IMG/VR virus record: IMGVR_UViG_3300009285_000007
Location: 1 to 59,345 of that record
DNA length: 59,345 bases
Source of the DNA: a virus
Reading direction: 5' to 3' (one strand)
The notes beneath the pieces are model-generated. The model did no database searches, was not told where the DNA came from, and saw only the letters and a program-made list of their open reading frames with translations. Below are positions 27,853 to 36,265 of this stretch, piece after piece (positions within the stretch are counted from its first letter, which is position 1; each line of letters begins with the position of its first letter). The translations under genes were made by a program, and so were the position numbers.

Positions 27853-28043
27853 CGGCGGCCATGGAGATGCGGCGACCGGTACTCTACGTCATTCGCTGCA
27901 CAGAGTGCGGCCGTTGTCTCGGCGAAGTCGAGCGTGGGGCACAGTATCGGCTTCGGTGCCGGCGCTGTGGTGCATGGGTAACGCCGAATGACGATTCTCG
28001 AAAAAAGTTGTTGACAATGAAACGGGCCGTTCGTCAAGGTTGA
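27849..28043 (+). CDS. Com-like Zn-ribbon protein
   Basis: VIRCTECGRCLGEVERGAQYRLRCRRCGAWV resembles the Mu Com Zn-ribbon pattern. ATGA overlap with the portal gene. Confidence 0.6.
   Translation: MTAAMEMRRPVLYVIRCTECGRCLGEVERGAQYRLRCRRCGAWVTPNDDSRKKLLTMKRAVRQG
28011..28025 (+). promoter_or_regulatory. Conserved 15-mer TTGACAATGAAACGG, copy B
   Basis: Identical to 20860..20874. Lies 156 nt upstream of the protease/capsid operon. Confidence 0.4.
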
Positions 28044-28084
28044 TGGACCATGTAGGTTGGTCTGGGTTCGTGCTCTGGGTATAC

Positions 28085-28118
28085 TGACCACCGGCTGGCG
28101 AAAGTCACCCGGTGGTCA
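28085..28118 (+). promoter_or_regulatory. Long RNA hairpin with GAAA tetraloop in the capsid-operon leader
   Basis: TGACCACCGG-C-TGGC-GAAA-GTCA-C-CCGGTGGTCA: 10 bp plus 4 bp around one C/C mismatch. Confidence 0.45.
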
Positions 28119-28142
28119 ACCAGAGCGAGACGGAGCGGGTTC

Positions 28143-28168
28143 TCACGGCGCTGCCCCCCAAGCCGTGA
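28143..28168 (+). promoter_or_regulatory. Second leader hairpin, ending 12 nt before the GTG start
   Basis: TCACGGC-(12 nt)-GCCGTGA, directly followed by tcGAGGcccgcgGTG. Confidence 0.35.
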
Positions 28169-28180
28169 TCGAGGCCCGCG

Positions 28181-29572
28181 GTGTCGTCAAATTGGTCGCT
28201 CACCATACCCGTAATCAAGGCTGACCCCATCCGTGGTCTAGTCACGGGCTGGGCCGCGATCTCCACCGATGACACTTGGACGCCGGTCGTCGATCACGAT
28301 GGCGAGGTGTTGCCGATCTATGAGTTGGAGAAGGCTGCACACGCGGCGTTCACCGAGGCGAGCGGGTCCGGCAAGGCCGGCGACATGCATGCGCGCCAGG
28401 GCGTCGCTGATGTGGTCGAGAGTTTCGTGCTCGACAAGGCGAAGCGCGTGGCCCTCGGCTTCGGAGACCCGCAGCCCGGCCACCCCGCAGAGGGTTGGAT
28501 CGTCACGCTGAAGTTGCGTGACCCCAGGCTCATCGAGGACGTCGCCGCCGGCCGCAAGCTCGAGCTGAGCATCAAGGGGCGTGGGCGGCGCATCGGCTTC
28601 GCCGACTGGCAATCAAGCCAGGGCGAGATCGCGAAGGCGTACAAGCCGCGGACGGGTGAGCCATCCGTGGTCGTGGATCTCGAGCTCGATCAGGCCGAGT
28701 TGCTTTCCGTCGTAGACAAGGGCGCGAGCGGCAACGGTCGGGTGAGCCCGAAGATCGTACTCATCAAGCGCAAAGGGATCGGTGGTGCCATGGGCTTCAT
28801 CTCCAAGTGGTTCGGCAAGGACGGAAAGCTGCAGAAGGCGGACGCGATGGCAATGAAGTCGCCGAAGGAGCTGCTCGAGGGCGCCATGGACGGCATCCCC
28901 GAGGAGAAGGCCAATGTGATCATGGCGGCCATCGCTGCGCTCGTCGCTGAGCAGGGCGGCAAGGTCGAGCCGCCGGAGCCGGAGCCCGCGCCAGCCGAGA
29001 AGCAAGACCCGGAACCCGAGAAGGAGCCCGAGATGAAGCCCGAGGAAGTCGCCAAGGCACTGCAGAGCATGACCCCCGAGGGTCGCGCGCTCATCGAGAA
29101 GATCGCGGCCGACAACAAGGCCAAGGACGCGGCGATGTCCGACTTGCAGAAGTCAGTCAAGACGCTCACCGAGAAGCTCGACGGCGAGGTCAGCAAGAGC
29201 CTGGATCGCGAGTCTCTCGAGAAGGCGAAGAAGACTCCGCACGTGCCGGGCGAGATCGAGAAGCGCGCCGAGTTGCTGCGCGAGGCCGACGCTAAGCTCT
29301 CGCCGGCCGCGGCCGAGACGTTGGCTAAGATCCTCGGCGACGCCGATGCGGTCATCGCCAAGAGCAAGCTGCTCGGCTCCGAGGGCACCACCGGCCACGA
29401 CGGCAACGCCGACGCAGACAGCCCTGTGGCCAAGGCCGAGGCGCTTGCTAAGTCGCGCCTGCAGGAAGTGCGCAAGAGCGGCAACGCCAAGCTCACCTAC
29501 GAGCAGGTGCTCGATCAGGTATGGGAGGAGAACCCCGACCTCTACCGCGAGTACCGGAAGCGCCAGGGCTGA
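28181..29572 (+). CDS. Prohead protease (XkdF-like) fused to a scaffold-like coiled-coil domain
   Basis: N terminus IPVIKADPIRGLVTGWAAISTDD...DHDGEVL...LEKAAHAF is the XkdF pattern. The C-terminal 250 aa is a Lys/Glu/Ala-rich coiled coil. Confidence 0.8.
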   Translation: MSSNWSLTIPVIKADPIRGLVTGWAAISTDDTWTPVVDHDGEVLPIYELEKAAHAAFTEASGSGKAGDMHARQGVADVVESFVLDKAKRVALGFGDPQPGHPAEGWIVTLKLRDPRLIEDVAAGRKLELSIKGRGRRIGFADWQSSQGEIAKAYKPRTGEPSVVVDLELDQAELLSVVDKGASGNGRVSPKIVLIKRKGIGGAMGFISKWFGKDGKLQKADAMAMKSPKELLEGAMDGIPEEKANVIMAAIAALVAEQGGKVEPPEPEPAPAEKQDPEPEKEPEMKPEEVAKALQSMTPEGRALIEKIAADNKAKDAAMSDLQKSVKTLTEKLDGEVSKSLDRESLEKAKKTPHVPGEIEKRAELLREADAKLSPAAAETLAKILGDADAVIAKSKLLGSEGTTGHDGNADADSPVAKAEALAKSRLQEVRKSGNAKLTYEQVLDQVWEENPDLYREYRKRQG

Positions 29573-29640
29573 CCTCTAGCGCATGACCACGAACGTGCAA
29601 CGAACCCCTGCCGGTCAAGGCCGGCGCAGTGGAGGCAGAG

Positions 29641-30429
29641 ATGTCCACCCGTGAAATCAGTGCCCTGAGTGACGACTTTGCGGCCGGCGAGTCGCTGGCA
29701 AGCAAGCAATATTTCGCACTCACCCTGTCGAGCGGCAACGCCATCGGTGTCGCTTCGGCTGGTGGTGCCGGTGTCGGTGTCGGCCTGTCGAAGCCAGCGA
29801 GCGGCGGCGAGGTTGATGTCGGCATCGTCGGCGTCTACCCGATCAGCTACGGCGGCACCGTCGCGGCCCTCGGCGAGATCACGCCCGACTCTTCTGGAGA
29901 GTTCGTCGCCAGCACCAACGACGATGACTTCGTGTACGGCAACGCACTCGAGGCCGGCGTCGACGGAGACATCCGTTCGGCCCTCGTTCACCCACCGTTC
30001 CAGCACGTGCCGCTGCGCAGCTCGGACGGTCGCGGCCAGGTGCACCTGCTGCGCGTGACCTTCGATCCGAGCGCCGTCTCGGGCGACCGCACCGCCGCCG
30101 CGCACTCGTCCAGTGAGACGCTGCCCGACAACGCCGTGGTGGTTCGCAGCTACTACTACGTGGCAACGACCTTCACCTCGGCCGCCGACACGGCAACGAT
30201 CAGCATCGGCTACGCAACCGATGACGTGGCAGGTATCGTTGCTGCCATTGCCATCAATGATGGTACCAACCCGTGGGACGCCGGCTGGCACGAGGGCATC
30301 CAGGTCTACACCGCTGCGACGTTCAGCGAAGCGTGCACCGCGGCGCGAGCCATCGACTTCACCGTCGCCGTGCAGGCGCTCACCGCCGGCAAGCTTACCC
30401 TCTTCCTGGAGTACGTGATCATCGACTGA
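29641..30429 (+). CDS. Head decoration protein (DUF2190-like N domain plus extra C-terminal domain)
   Basis: GGAGG RBS. Gly/Ala/Val-rich N domain. Lies immediately before the major capsid gene. Confidence 0.7.
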   Translation: MSTREISALSDDFAAGESLASKQYFALTLSSGNAIGVASAGGAGVGVGLSKPASGGEVDVGIVGVYPISYGGTVAALGEITPDSSGEFVASTNDDDFVYGNALEAGVDGDIRSALVHPPFQHVPLRSSDGRGQVHLLRVTFDPSAVSGDRTAAAHSSSETLPDNAVVVRSYYYVATTFTSAADTATISIGYATDDVAGIVAAIAINDGTNPWDAGWHEGIQVYTAATFSEACTAARAIDFTVAVQALTAGKLTLFLEYVIID

Positions 30430-30492
30430 GCGTCGGTGTGAGTTGAGCCCGCGGTAACCGGGCCGGGACACACAAAGTCATCGGAGACTACA

Positions 30493-31491
30493 ATGCCCGA
30501 TCCCGTTCTGAGTACCATTCATGTCGACGCGCCGCTCACCAACATGACGGTGGCGCGCATCCAGTCGGCCGACAACTTCATCGCCGGATCGATCTTCCCG
30601 ATCATGCCGTGTGAGAAGCGGTCCAACAAGTACTTCGTCTTCGACCGCGGCGACTTCAACCGCCTCGAGATGCGTCGTGGCGCTCCCGGGCGCAAGGCGC
30701 CTTCGGTCGGCTACCGGGTGAGCGACGACAGCTACTCCTGCGAGAAGTACCACGTCAGGCAACCCACGCCGGACGAGATTCAGGAGAACGCCGACGAGCC
30801 GCTCGATCTCAAGGGACGCGTCAAGACCAAGTGGCTCACCCTGCAGATGATGCTGCAGATGGAGACGCTGTTTTTCAACGGCTTCTGGGGTCCGTCCATC
30901 TGGACCACCGATTGGGACGGCGTCTCGAGCGGCGCCAGCACGAACGAGATCGTGCAGTGGGATCAGTCCGGGTCCACCCCGCTCGCCGATGTCGAGGCGC
31001 TCAAGTTCGCCGTCGAGGCCCTCGGTGCCCCAACCCCGAACAAGCTCGTGGTCGGCGCCCGCGTGCACAAGGTGCTGATGAGCCACAGCGACCTCATCGG
31101 CCGGCTGCAGTACTCGACCGCGACTACCAATGCGGTCGTGCGCGGCCAAATGGCCGCCCTCTTCGGCGTCGCCGAGTACCACGTGGCCAAGGCGGTCTAC
31201 AACAGCGCGGCCCGCGGTCAGACCGACAGTTACTCGCGCATCGCGACCGACAACGACATCCTGCTCGCCTACGCCAACCCAACCCCGGAGAGTCTCGAAG
31301 AAGAGAGCGCCGGGTACATCATGGGTTGGAAGGGCAAGTCCGGCGCCTCCAAGTACGGCACGCGCATTCGCACGTACCGCAACGAGGAGGAAGAAGTCGA
31401 GTACGCCGAGGGGCAGATGTGGGTCGACATGAAGCAGGTATCGGCCGACTGCGGCGCCTACGTCGACGCCGCCGTGGCTTCCGACGCGTGA
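30493..31491 (+). CDS. Major capsid protein (lambda gpE-like)
   Basis: Length, position and N-terminal pattern (LTNMTVARIQSADNFIAGSIFPIMPCEKRSNKYFVFDRGDF). Confidence 0.85.
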   Translation: MPDPVLSTIHVDAPLTNMTVARIQSADNFIAGSIFPIMPCEKRSNKYFVFDRGDFNRLEMRRGAPGRKAPSVGYRVSDDSYSCEKYHVRQPTPDEIQENADEPLDLKGRVKTKWLTLQMMLQMETLFFNGFWGPSIWTTDWDGVSSGASTNEIVQWDQSGSTPLADVEALKFAVEALGAPTPNKLVVGARVHKVLMSHSDLIGRLQYSTATTNAVVRGQMAALFGVAEYHVAKAVYNSAARGQTDSYSRIATDNDILLAYANPTPESLEEESAGYIMGWKGKSGASKYGTRIRTYRNEEEEVEYAEGQMWVDMKQVSADCGAYVDAAVASDA

Positions 31492-31501
31492 CCCTGAGTT
31501 T

Positions 31502-31553
31502 CGCGGCCAGCGGTGACCGGGCTCCCTCCAGGTAGTCCGGTCCGCTGGTCGCG
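31502..31553 (+). terminator. Stable stem-loop just after the capsid gene (attenuator or mRNA stabiliser; no U-tract)
   Basis: cgcggccagcggtgaccgg / ccggtccgctggtcgcg give about 17 bp with a 2-nt bulge and a 16-nt loop. Confidence 0.35.
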
Positions 31554-31572
31554 AATCCACTGAGCCTGGAGG

Positions 31573-32388
31573 ATGCACATGTACGTCTCGAATGTCCCCA
31601 ACCTGAAGATTGGCGACGGCTTCCGCACTCCCGGCGAGCCCGTCCCCGAGTTCCGCAAGTGGCCGGCTTCGGCGCAGGACGCGCATCTGCGCCAGCGCCG
31701 CGTGGTCGATGTGACTCCCGATGTCGCCGAGGAGATGCGCAGGGAATATGGCGAGCGCGCCGAGAAGGCGAACAAGGCGCGACTGCGCCAGCAATTCGAG
31801 AAGAAGCAAGCGTCCATCCGTACCCTGTCGCGCCAGATCGCTACGTCGAAGCAGGACACGCTGAACAAGGCGGCGCTGCTCAGCGAAGCCGAGGACATGG
31901 CGCTCAAGCTCGCTGCAGAGTTGGGTCTCGACGAGAGCACGGTGGAGATGGGCGTCCGCCCACCGCCTCCGGCACCAAAGGAGCACGCACCGCTGCTCGA
32001 CACCACGCCCCAGGCGCTCGCGGACAAGCTCGCCGACCTCTCCGACATCGATCTGCGCACGTGGGCGGCCGAGGAGATCGACCTCGACCACCTGGACGAG
32101 ACGCAGACGCGCGAGGCGATGCTCAAGGACATTTTCGGACACGTCTACGGCGGCGCCGTCGTGATCCCGCCCCCGCAAGTACAGAAGCCCGGCAAGGGCC
32201 TGGTAAGCGCGGCCGACATCGAAGACTTCCGCAAGCGCCTGCTCACCGAGTTAGAGGCCGCGTCGACCACGCAGCTACGCAAGCAGGCCAAGGAGCTGCG
32301 CGTGGGCGGCGACGGGCCGCGCGACGAGGTGATCAAGCGCCTCGCGGCGGCATTCGAGCAGCGGGAGTTGGCTAAGCTGGGCCGGTAA
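31573..32388 (+). CDS. Hypothetical protein with C-terminal SAP/HeH-like motif
   Basis: GGAGG RBS. The C terminus TQLRKQAKELRVGGDGPRDEVIKRL is HeH/Rho-N-like. Confidence 0.75.
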   Translation: MHMYVSNVPNLKIGDGFRTPGEPVPEFRKWPASAQDAHLRQRRVVDVTPDVAEEMRREYGERAEKANKARLRQQFEKKQASIRTLSRQIATSKQDTLNKAALLSEAEDMALKLAAELGLDESTVEMGVRPPPPAPKEHAPLLDTTPQALADKLADLSDIDLRTWAAEEIDLDHLDETQTREAMLKDIFGHVYGGAVVIPPPQVQKPGKGLVSAADIEDFRKRLLTELEAASTTQLRKQAKELRVGGDGPRDEVIKRLAAAFEQRELAKLGR

Positions 32389-32427
32389 TCCGTCGCCAGC
32401 GGCCCCACTGGGGCAAGGAGCGGGCCC

Positions 32428-32856
32428 GTGGCGCACACCTACGATCTCACCACCAGCGCCGGCAAGGTTCGGCTGTTGATCGGTGACACCGTCGACGGCG
32501 GCGCGGAGTCGCTCACCGACGACGAGATCGATTACGCGCTCGAGCTTAGCTCCGACGTGGACGTGGCAGCCTACCACGCCGCGCAGATGCTCTATGCGCG
32601 TCTGCGCGTGCGCATCGACCAGAATCAGAAGGGCGTAAGCGCCAACGGCTCACAGAAGATGGCAAACACGAAGGCCATCATCGGCATGTTGCGCGAGCGT
32701 ATCGAAGCTGGCCAGATCGAGGGCTTCTTCGGTGGCATCTCACAGGCCGAGAACGACACACACGGCGCAGACTCAGACTTTCCGCAGCCGTCCTTCACGG
32801 TCGGGATGGACGACAACCCAGGGCTGAATGCGAGCGATGAGGACGACGATGCTTAG
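32428..32856 (+). CDS. Hypothetical protein (head completion/adaptor position)
   Basis: GTG start. GKVRLLIGDT...LTDDEIDYAL pattern. Position after the capsid gene. Confidence 0.7.
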   Translation: MAHTYDLTTSAGKVRLLIGDTVDGGAESLTDDEIDYALELSSDVDVAAYHAAQMLYARLRVRIDQNQKGVSANGSQKMANTKAIIGMLRERIEAGQIEGFFGGISQAENDTHGADSDFPQPSFTVGMDDNPGLNASDEDDDA

Positions 32857-33466
32857 CGTCCATGTCGACCGGCCGGTGGGGCAGATGCTCGACGCCGCCG
32901 CCAACTCAGTCACGCCCGAACTCGCCAAAGCGGTGTTGCGCGCTGCTAACTACGGTGGCGGCGAGATCGCCAAGGACACGCGGACCATGTTCCGCAAAGG
33001 CACCGGCGCACTTGCTCGCTCGTTCATGCCCGCCGCGCTCATCGACAGCAAAGTGGGTATTGCGGCCGGCGCACTCTCTGACCTCGTATACGCCGACATC
33101 CTGAACCGCGGGGGAACGATACTGGCCGGCAAGACGGCGAAGATGCTCGCCATTCCATTGACCCCGCAGGCGCGCACGAAGTGGCCGCGAGATTGGCCGA
33201 AAGACCAACTGCAACTCATCAAGTCGAAGCGCGGCAATCTGATCCTTGTTGAGGCAAAGCAGAAGTGGTCGAAGGGCGGGCGCTCGGGTGGCAGTGTGTC
33301 GACCGGTGAGAAGCTCATCGCTCACTACGTGCTCAAGAAGTCGGTGGACGTAGACCCGCGGCACTACATCGACTGGGCGACCGAGGCGGCACGGCCAACC
33401 ATCGCCAAGATGGTTGGTGAGGACATAGCAGCAGCGGTGCGCCAGGCGATGCGGGGGGCGAAATGA
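32849..33466 (+). CDS. Head-tail joining protein (HK97 gp10-like; weak)
   Basis: ATG at 32849 overlaps the upstream gene by 8 nt. Called from position and the RKGTGALARSF pattern. Confidence 0.65.
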   Translation: MLSVHVDRPVGQMLDAAANSVTPELAKAVLRAANYGGGEIAKDTRTMFRKGTGALARSFMPAALIDSKVGIAAGALSDLVYADILNRGGTILAGKTAKMLAIPLTPQARTKWPRDWPKDQLQLIKSKRGNLILVEAKQKWSKGGRSGGSVSTGEKLIAHYVLKKSVDVDPRHYIDWATEAARPTIAKMVGEDIAAAVRQAMRGAK

Positions 33467-33978
33467 CTGACCCCCTGCGGCTGCAGATCCTCGACGCCTT
33501 GGTCGACGCCATCGAGTGCATTGACGGCACCGGGAGCTGGCGCAACACGGTCGCCACCGCAGCCATCGAGGCGCGTGGCTTCGACGACCCCGACGTGCAG
33601 GCGACTGCGGTCAAACCCTGGGTGGGCATCGTGCCGCAGAAGGACCAGGCCAGCGACGAGCCGTTCGGCTCGCGCTATGTAGCTTGGCCCATCGACGTGC
33701 TGGCGCACTTCGACGTTGCGACCAAGACGGCACGGGGGATCGCCGCGGCGTGTGAGGAGATGCGGTCGGACATCCGCCGTGCCATCTACGGATACAATGC
33801 TGTCACCGAGGCAGTCGAATCTGACGCACCCGGCGATCTAGGCATCGAGGGTGTCGTCTCTGCGCGCGTCTCGGACACCGACGATTCTACGGCTGCCGTG
33901 CAAGCGGCGACGGATGGCGTCGCGTCTGTTTCTATCCGCGTCGTGATCGAGTTCGTAGAGGAGGTAAATACCCCATGA
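33463..33978 (+). CDS. Hypothetical protein (tail completion/terminator position)
   Basis: ATGA overlaps at both ends. Confidence 0.75.
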   Translation: MTDPLRLQILDALVDAIECIDGTGSWRNTVATAAIEARGFDDPDVQATAVKPWVGIVPQKDQASDEPFGSRYVAWPIDVLAHFDVATKTARGIAAACEEMRSDIRRAIYGYNAVTEAVESDAPGDLGIEGVVSARVSDTDDSTAAVQAATDGVASVSIRVVIEFVEEVNTP

Positions 33979-34211
33979 GAGCCGCCAAATACATCGGCCC
34001 CGACAACCGCGTACGCGTCGGCGAGCGTCGGCTGAAGACGGGCGACATGATCATCGAACCGCCTGCAGTCGTCGATTCGCTGCTTGCGCGGTCCGACTTC
34101 GAGGAAGTGGGCGTCACCTCCTATCCTGATATCGCCGTCATGACGTTCGGCGAGGACACCGACAACACGCCAGAGCAGCCCGTGCGCCGCAAGCGCAAGG
34201 CGCAGGAGTAG
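33975..34211 (+). CDS. Hypothetical protein (78 aa)
   Basis: ATGA overlap. Protein-like composition. Confidence 0.7.
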   Translation: MRAAKYIGPDNRVRVGERRLKTGDMIIEPPAVVDSLLARSDFEEVGVTSYPDIAVMTFGEDTDNTPEQPVRRKRKAQE

Positions 34212-34214
34212 CAG

Positions 34215-35372
34215 ATGGGACTCGGGACAGGCAAAGAACACGTCATCGGCCGCGGGCAGAAGTTCTTTGCCATGGCCGAGACCGTTCACGGTACGTTCGT
34301 CAAGCCGACCGCCACCGATGCAGTGAAGACACAGCAGTCGAGTTTCAAGGTCGAGCCCTCGCGCGAGCCCATCGTAGAGAACACGGACTATCGCGAGGAT
34401 TTCGAGATGATGACCGGGAAGAGCAAGTACTCCTGGTCATGGGATGGTCAGCTCATCCCGTCCGGGACTGCCGCGACCGAGTGCGACGCCGGACCGATGC
34501 TCACCGCCGCGTGCGGTGCGGACAACAACGGCGGCAGCAGCAAATGGATCTACACGCCGAGCAACACCCAGGACTGGCCAACACTGTCCATCGTGCGCTG
34601 CTACTCGACCCTCTGGATGGAGGCGATGTGGGGTGCGTGGGTCAACGGCATGTCGCTGAAGGTCCAGGGTGGCTCGGCGCCGCAACTGCACTTCGAGGGT
34701 GGCGCGATGGGCTACGTGATTACCGGCTCGTCGACGCTCAATGGGGCAATGGTCGCGTCCGCGTCGATGGTCGTGGCGACAGCGGACAAGAACCTCTTTG
34801 GCGTCAACTCGGTCGTCCAGGTTGCCGCGCTCACCAATACCGGCGCCGGCTACCAGATTACGACAGCCGCCGCGCCCCCCACGTTCACGCTCGAGAGCGC
34901 GATCAGTGCCGACACGGCCGCGGTGGTCATCCCGTACGTGCCGACGCCGACCTACACCGGTAGCCCCATTGCCGGCATCGCCGGTAGCCTCACCATCGAC
35001 GGGGCCGCGCTGGCGATCACCTCGTTCGAGCTTGCGCTCGACAACGGGCATGAGGCATTCGAGGACGAGGCGCTCACGGCCGCGGCTACCGACTTCGTGC
35101 CGGGCATGCTCAAGCTCACGGGCTCGATCTCTGTGCGCATGCGCAAAGACTATCTGCCGTACTTCGCCAACCCCAAGACATTCGAGACGGCGGACATCGC
35201 GGTTGTCATTGGCAGTGGTGCGGGCACGAGATTTAAGGTCGATGTCGACGCCGCTGAGTTCAAGCGCCCCGAGGCGTCGCTGACCCCCGACCACAAGGCG
35301 GGCACGGTCAAACTCGACTTCTCGGCACTCGCCACCAGCGGCAACGACAGCTTCGCGATCACCACCGACTGA
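34215..35372 (+). CDS. Major tail tube protein (by position)
   Basis: 385-aa gene immediately upstream of the G/GT chaperone pair and the tape measure. Confidence 0.75.
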   Translation: MGLGTGKEHVIGRGQKFFAMAETVHGTFVKPTATDAVKTQQSSFKVEPSREPIVENTDYREDFEMMTGKSKYSWSWDGQLIPSGTAATECDAGPMLTAACGADNNGGSSKWIYTPSNTQDWPTLSIVRCYSTLWMEAMWGAWVNGMSLKVQGGSAPQLHFEGGAMGYVITGSSTLNGAMVASASMVVATADKNLFGVNSVVQVAALTNTGAGYQITTAAAPPTFTLESAISADTAAVVIPYVPTPTYTGSPIAGIAGSLTIDGAALAITSFELALDNGHEAFEDEALTAAATDFVPGMLKLTGSISVRMRKDYLPYFANPKTFETADIAVVIGSGAGTRFKVDVDAAEFKRPEASLTPDHKAGTVKLDFSALATSGNDSFAITTD

Positions 35373-35397
35373 GGTCGGTTACCACCCGGAGGAAGAG

Positions 35398-35811
35398 ATG
35401 GCCAGGACATTCGATGCGCTGCAAGAGTGGGAGACTTATGTCCCTGCAGTCGACGGCGACGCAGGCCCGGAGCGCGAGTTGTACGCTGAGGCCCCGGACA
35501 AGGCGCTCACCTGCGAGTTGCGCTACCTGACGGCAGCGCAGATCAAAGGCTACGAGCGCGTGGTGTTCCGCAACCTCAAGGCGGCCAACCAGGTGCGCGA
35601 CAAGGGTGAGGAACTGGCTCGCCGCATGTTCACCGAGAACGTGCGTAACGTGCGCAACTACGCCCCGAATGGCAGGCCTCTCACCACCGGCGATGAGGTC
35701 TGGGACGACGGCGAGCCGGAGGTCATCAACGACTTGAGCGTCGCGATGCAGAGCCGGTCGCGGCTGGAGGAAGGCCTGGGAAAAAGGTTGAGCTCGCGAT
35801 CCGTTACATGA
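35398..35811 (+). CDS. Tail assembly chaperone (gpG-like)
   Basis: Position before the tape measure. Carries the G_GGA_AAA slippery heptamer 27 nt before its stop. Confidence 0.8.
   Translation: MARTFDALQEWETYVPAVDGDAGPERELYAEAPDKALTCELRYLTAAQIKGYERVVFRNLKAANQVRDKGEELARRMFTENVRNVRNYAPNGRPLTTGDEVWDDGEPEVINDLSVAMQSRSRLEEGLGKRLSSRSVT
35778..35784 (+). promoter_or_regulatory. Programmed -1 ribosomal frameshift site G_GGA_AAA
   Basis: The zero frame reads CTG GGA AAA AGG. The -1 frame is open from here into the 35808..36257 ORF frame. Confidence 0.7.
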
Positions 35812-36257
35812 TCCTAGCGCCAGACGAGGATCGGCGGTGGCGGTGTTCGCGATGCGACCCAACGATTGACGAGGACGATCCAGGTGACCCAGACAGCGAG
35901 GACTCAGAGTTGCAGTTACCAGACGCGCGCAAGCGCTGGCTGCGCAACTGCGACAGCGAGACGAACGAACACGTTTCGTGGGATTGGGCCAACGACGTCG
36001 ATGACACCGGCAAGGGTTTGCGCCGCTGCCCGAAGTCGTACCTCACTGCCGAAGTCTGGGATCTGGTGTCGATCTGGATCGACTGGACGAAGTTCCGTGC
36101 GCTCCCCTGGCCTGGTGACATCCTCGATCAACCGATGTTCGTCTACGAGGTCATTCAGCATTGCGACGACTTGGCGGCAAAGCTCTCCGCCGAGTCGCGT
36201 GGCGAAGAGGCGACCGGGATGCAGCGGATGCTCGAACAAGCCCGCAACGGCGCCTGA
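35808..36257 (+). CDS. Tail assembly chaperone T-part (expressed as a G-T fusion 35398..35784/35784..36257 by -1 frameshift)
   Basis: This ORF lies in the -1 frame relative to the gpG-like gene, as in lambda G/GT. Confidence 0.75.
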   Translation: MILAPDEDRRWRCSRCDPTIDEDDPGDPDSEDSELQLPDARKRWLRNCDSETNEHVSWDWANDVDDTGKGLRRCPKSYLTAEVWDLVSIWIDWTKFRALPWPGDILDQPMFVYEVIQHCDDLAAKLSAESRGEEATGMQRMLEQARNGA

Positions 36258-36265
36258 GGTAGGCC

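Noticed and set aside
28011-28060. Complete sigma-70 promoter built on TTGACA
   Set aside because: No acceptable -10 hexamer 16-18 nt downstream at either copy of the 15-mer. A different pair (TTGGTC-N17-TATACT, 28057..28085) is possible at copy B only. Only the conserved 15-mer is reported.
30478-32178. 566-aa minus-strand ORF
   Set aside because: Antisense to the major capsid gene and the following gene. Low-complexity Arg/Leu/Gly/Val composition. The plus-strand genes have recognisable capsid features.
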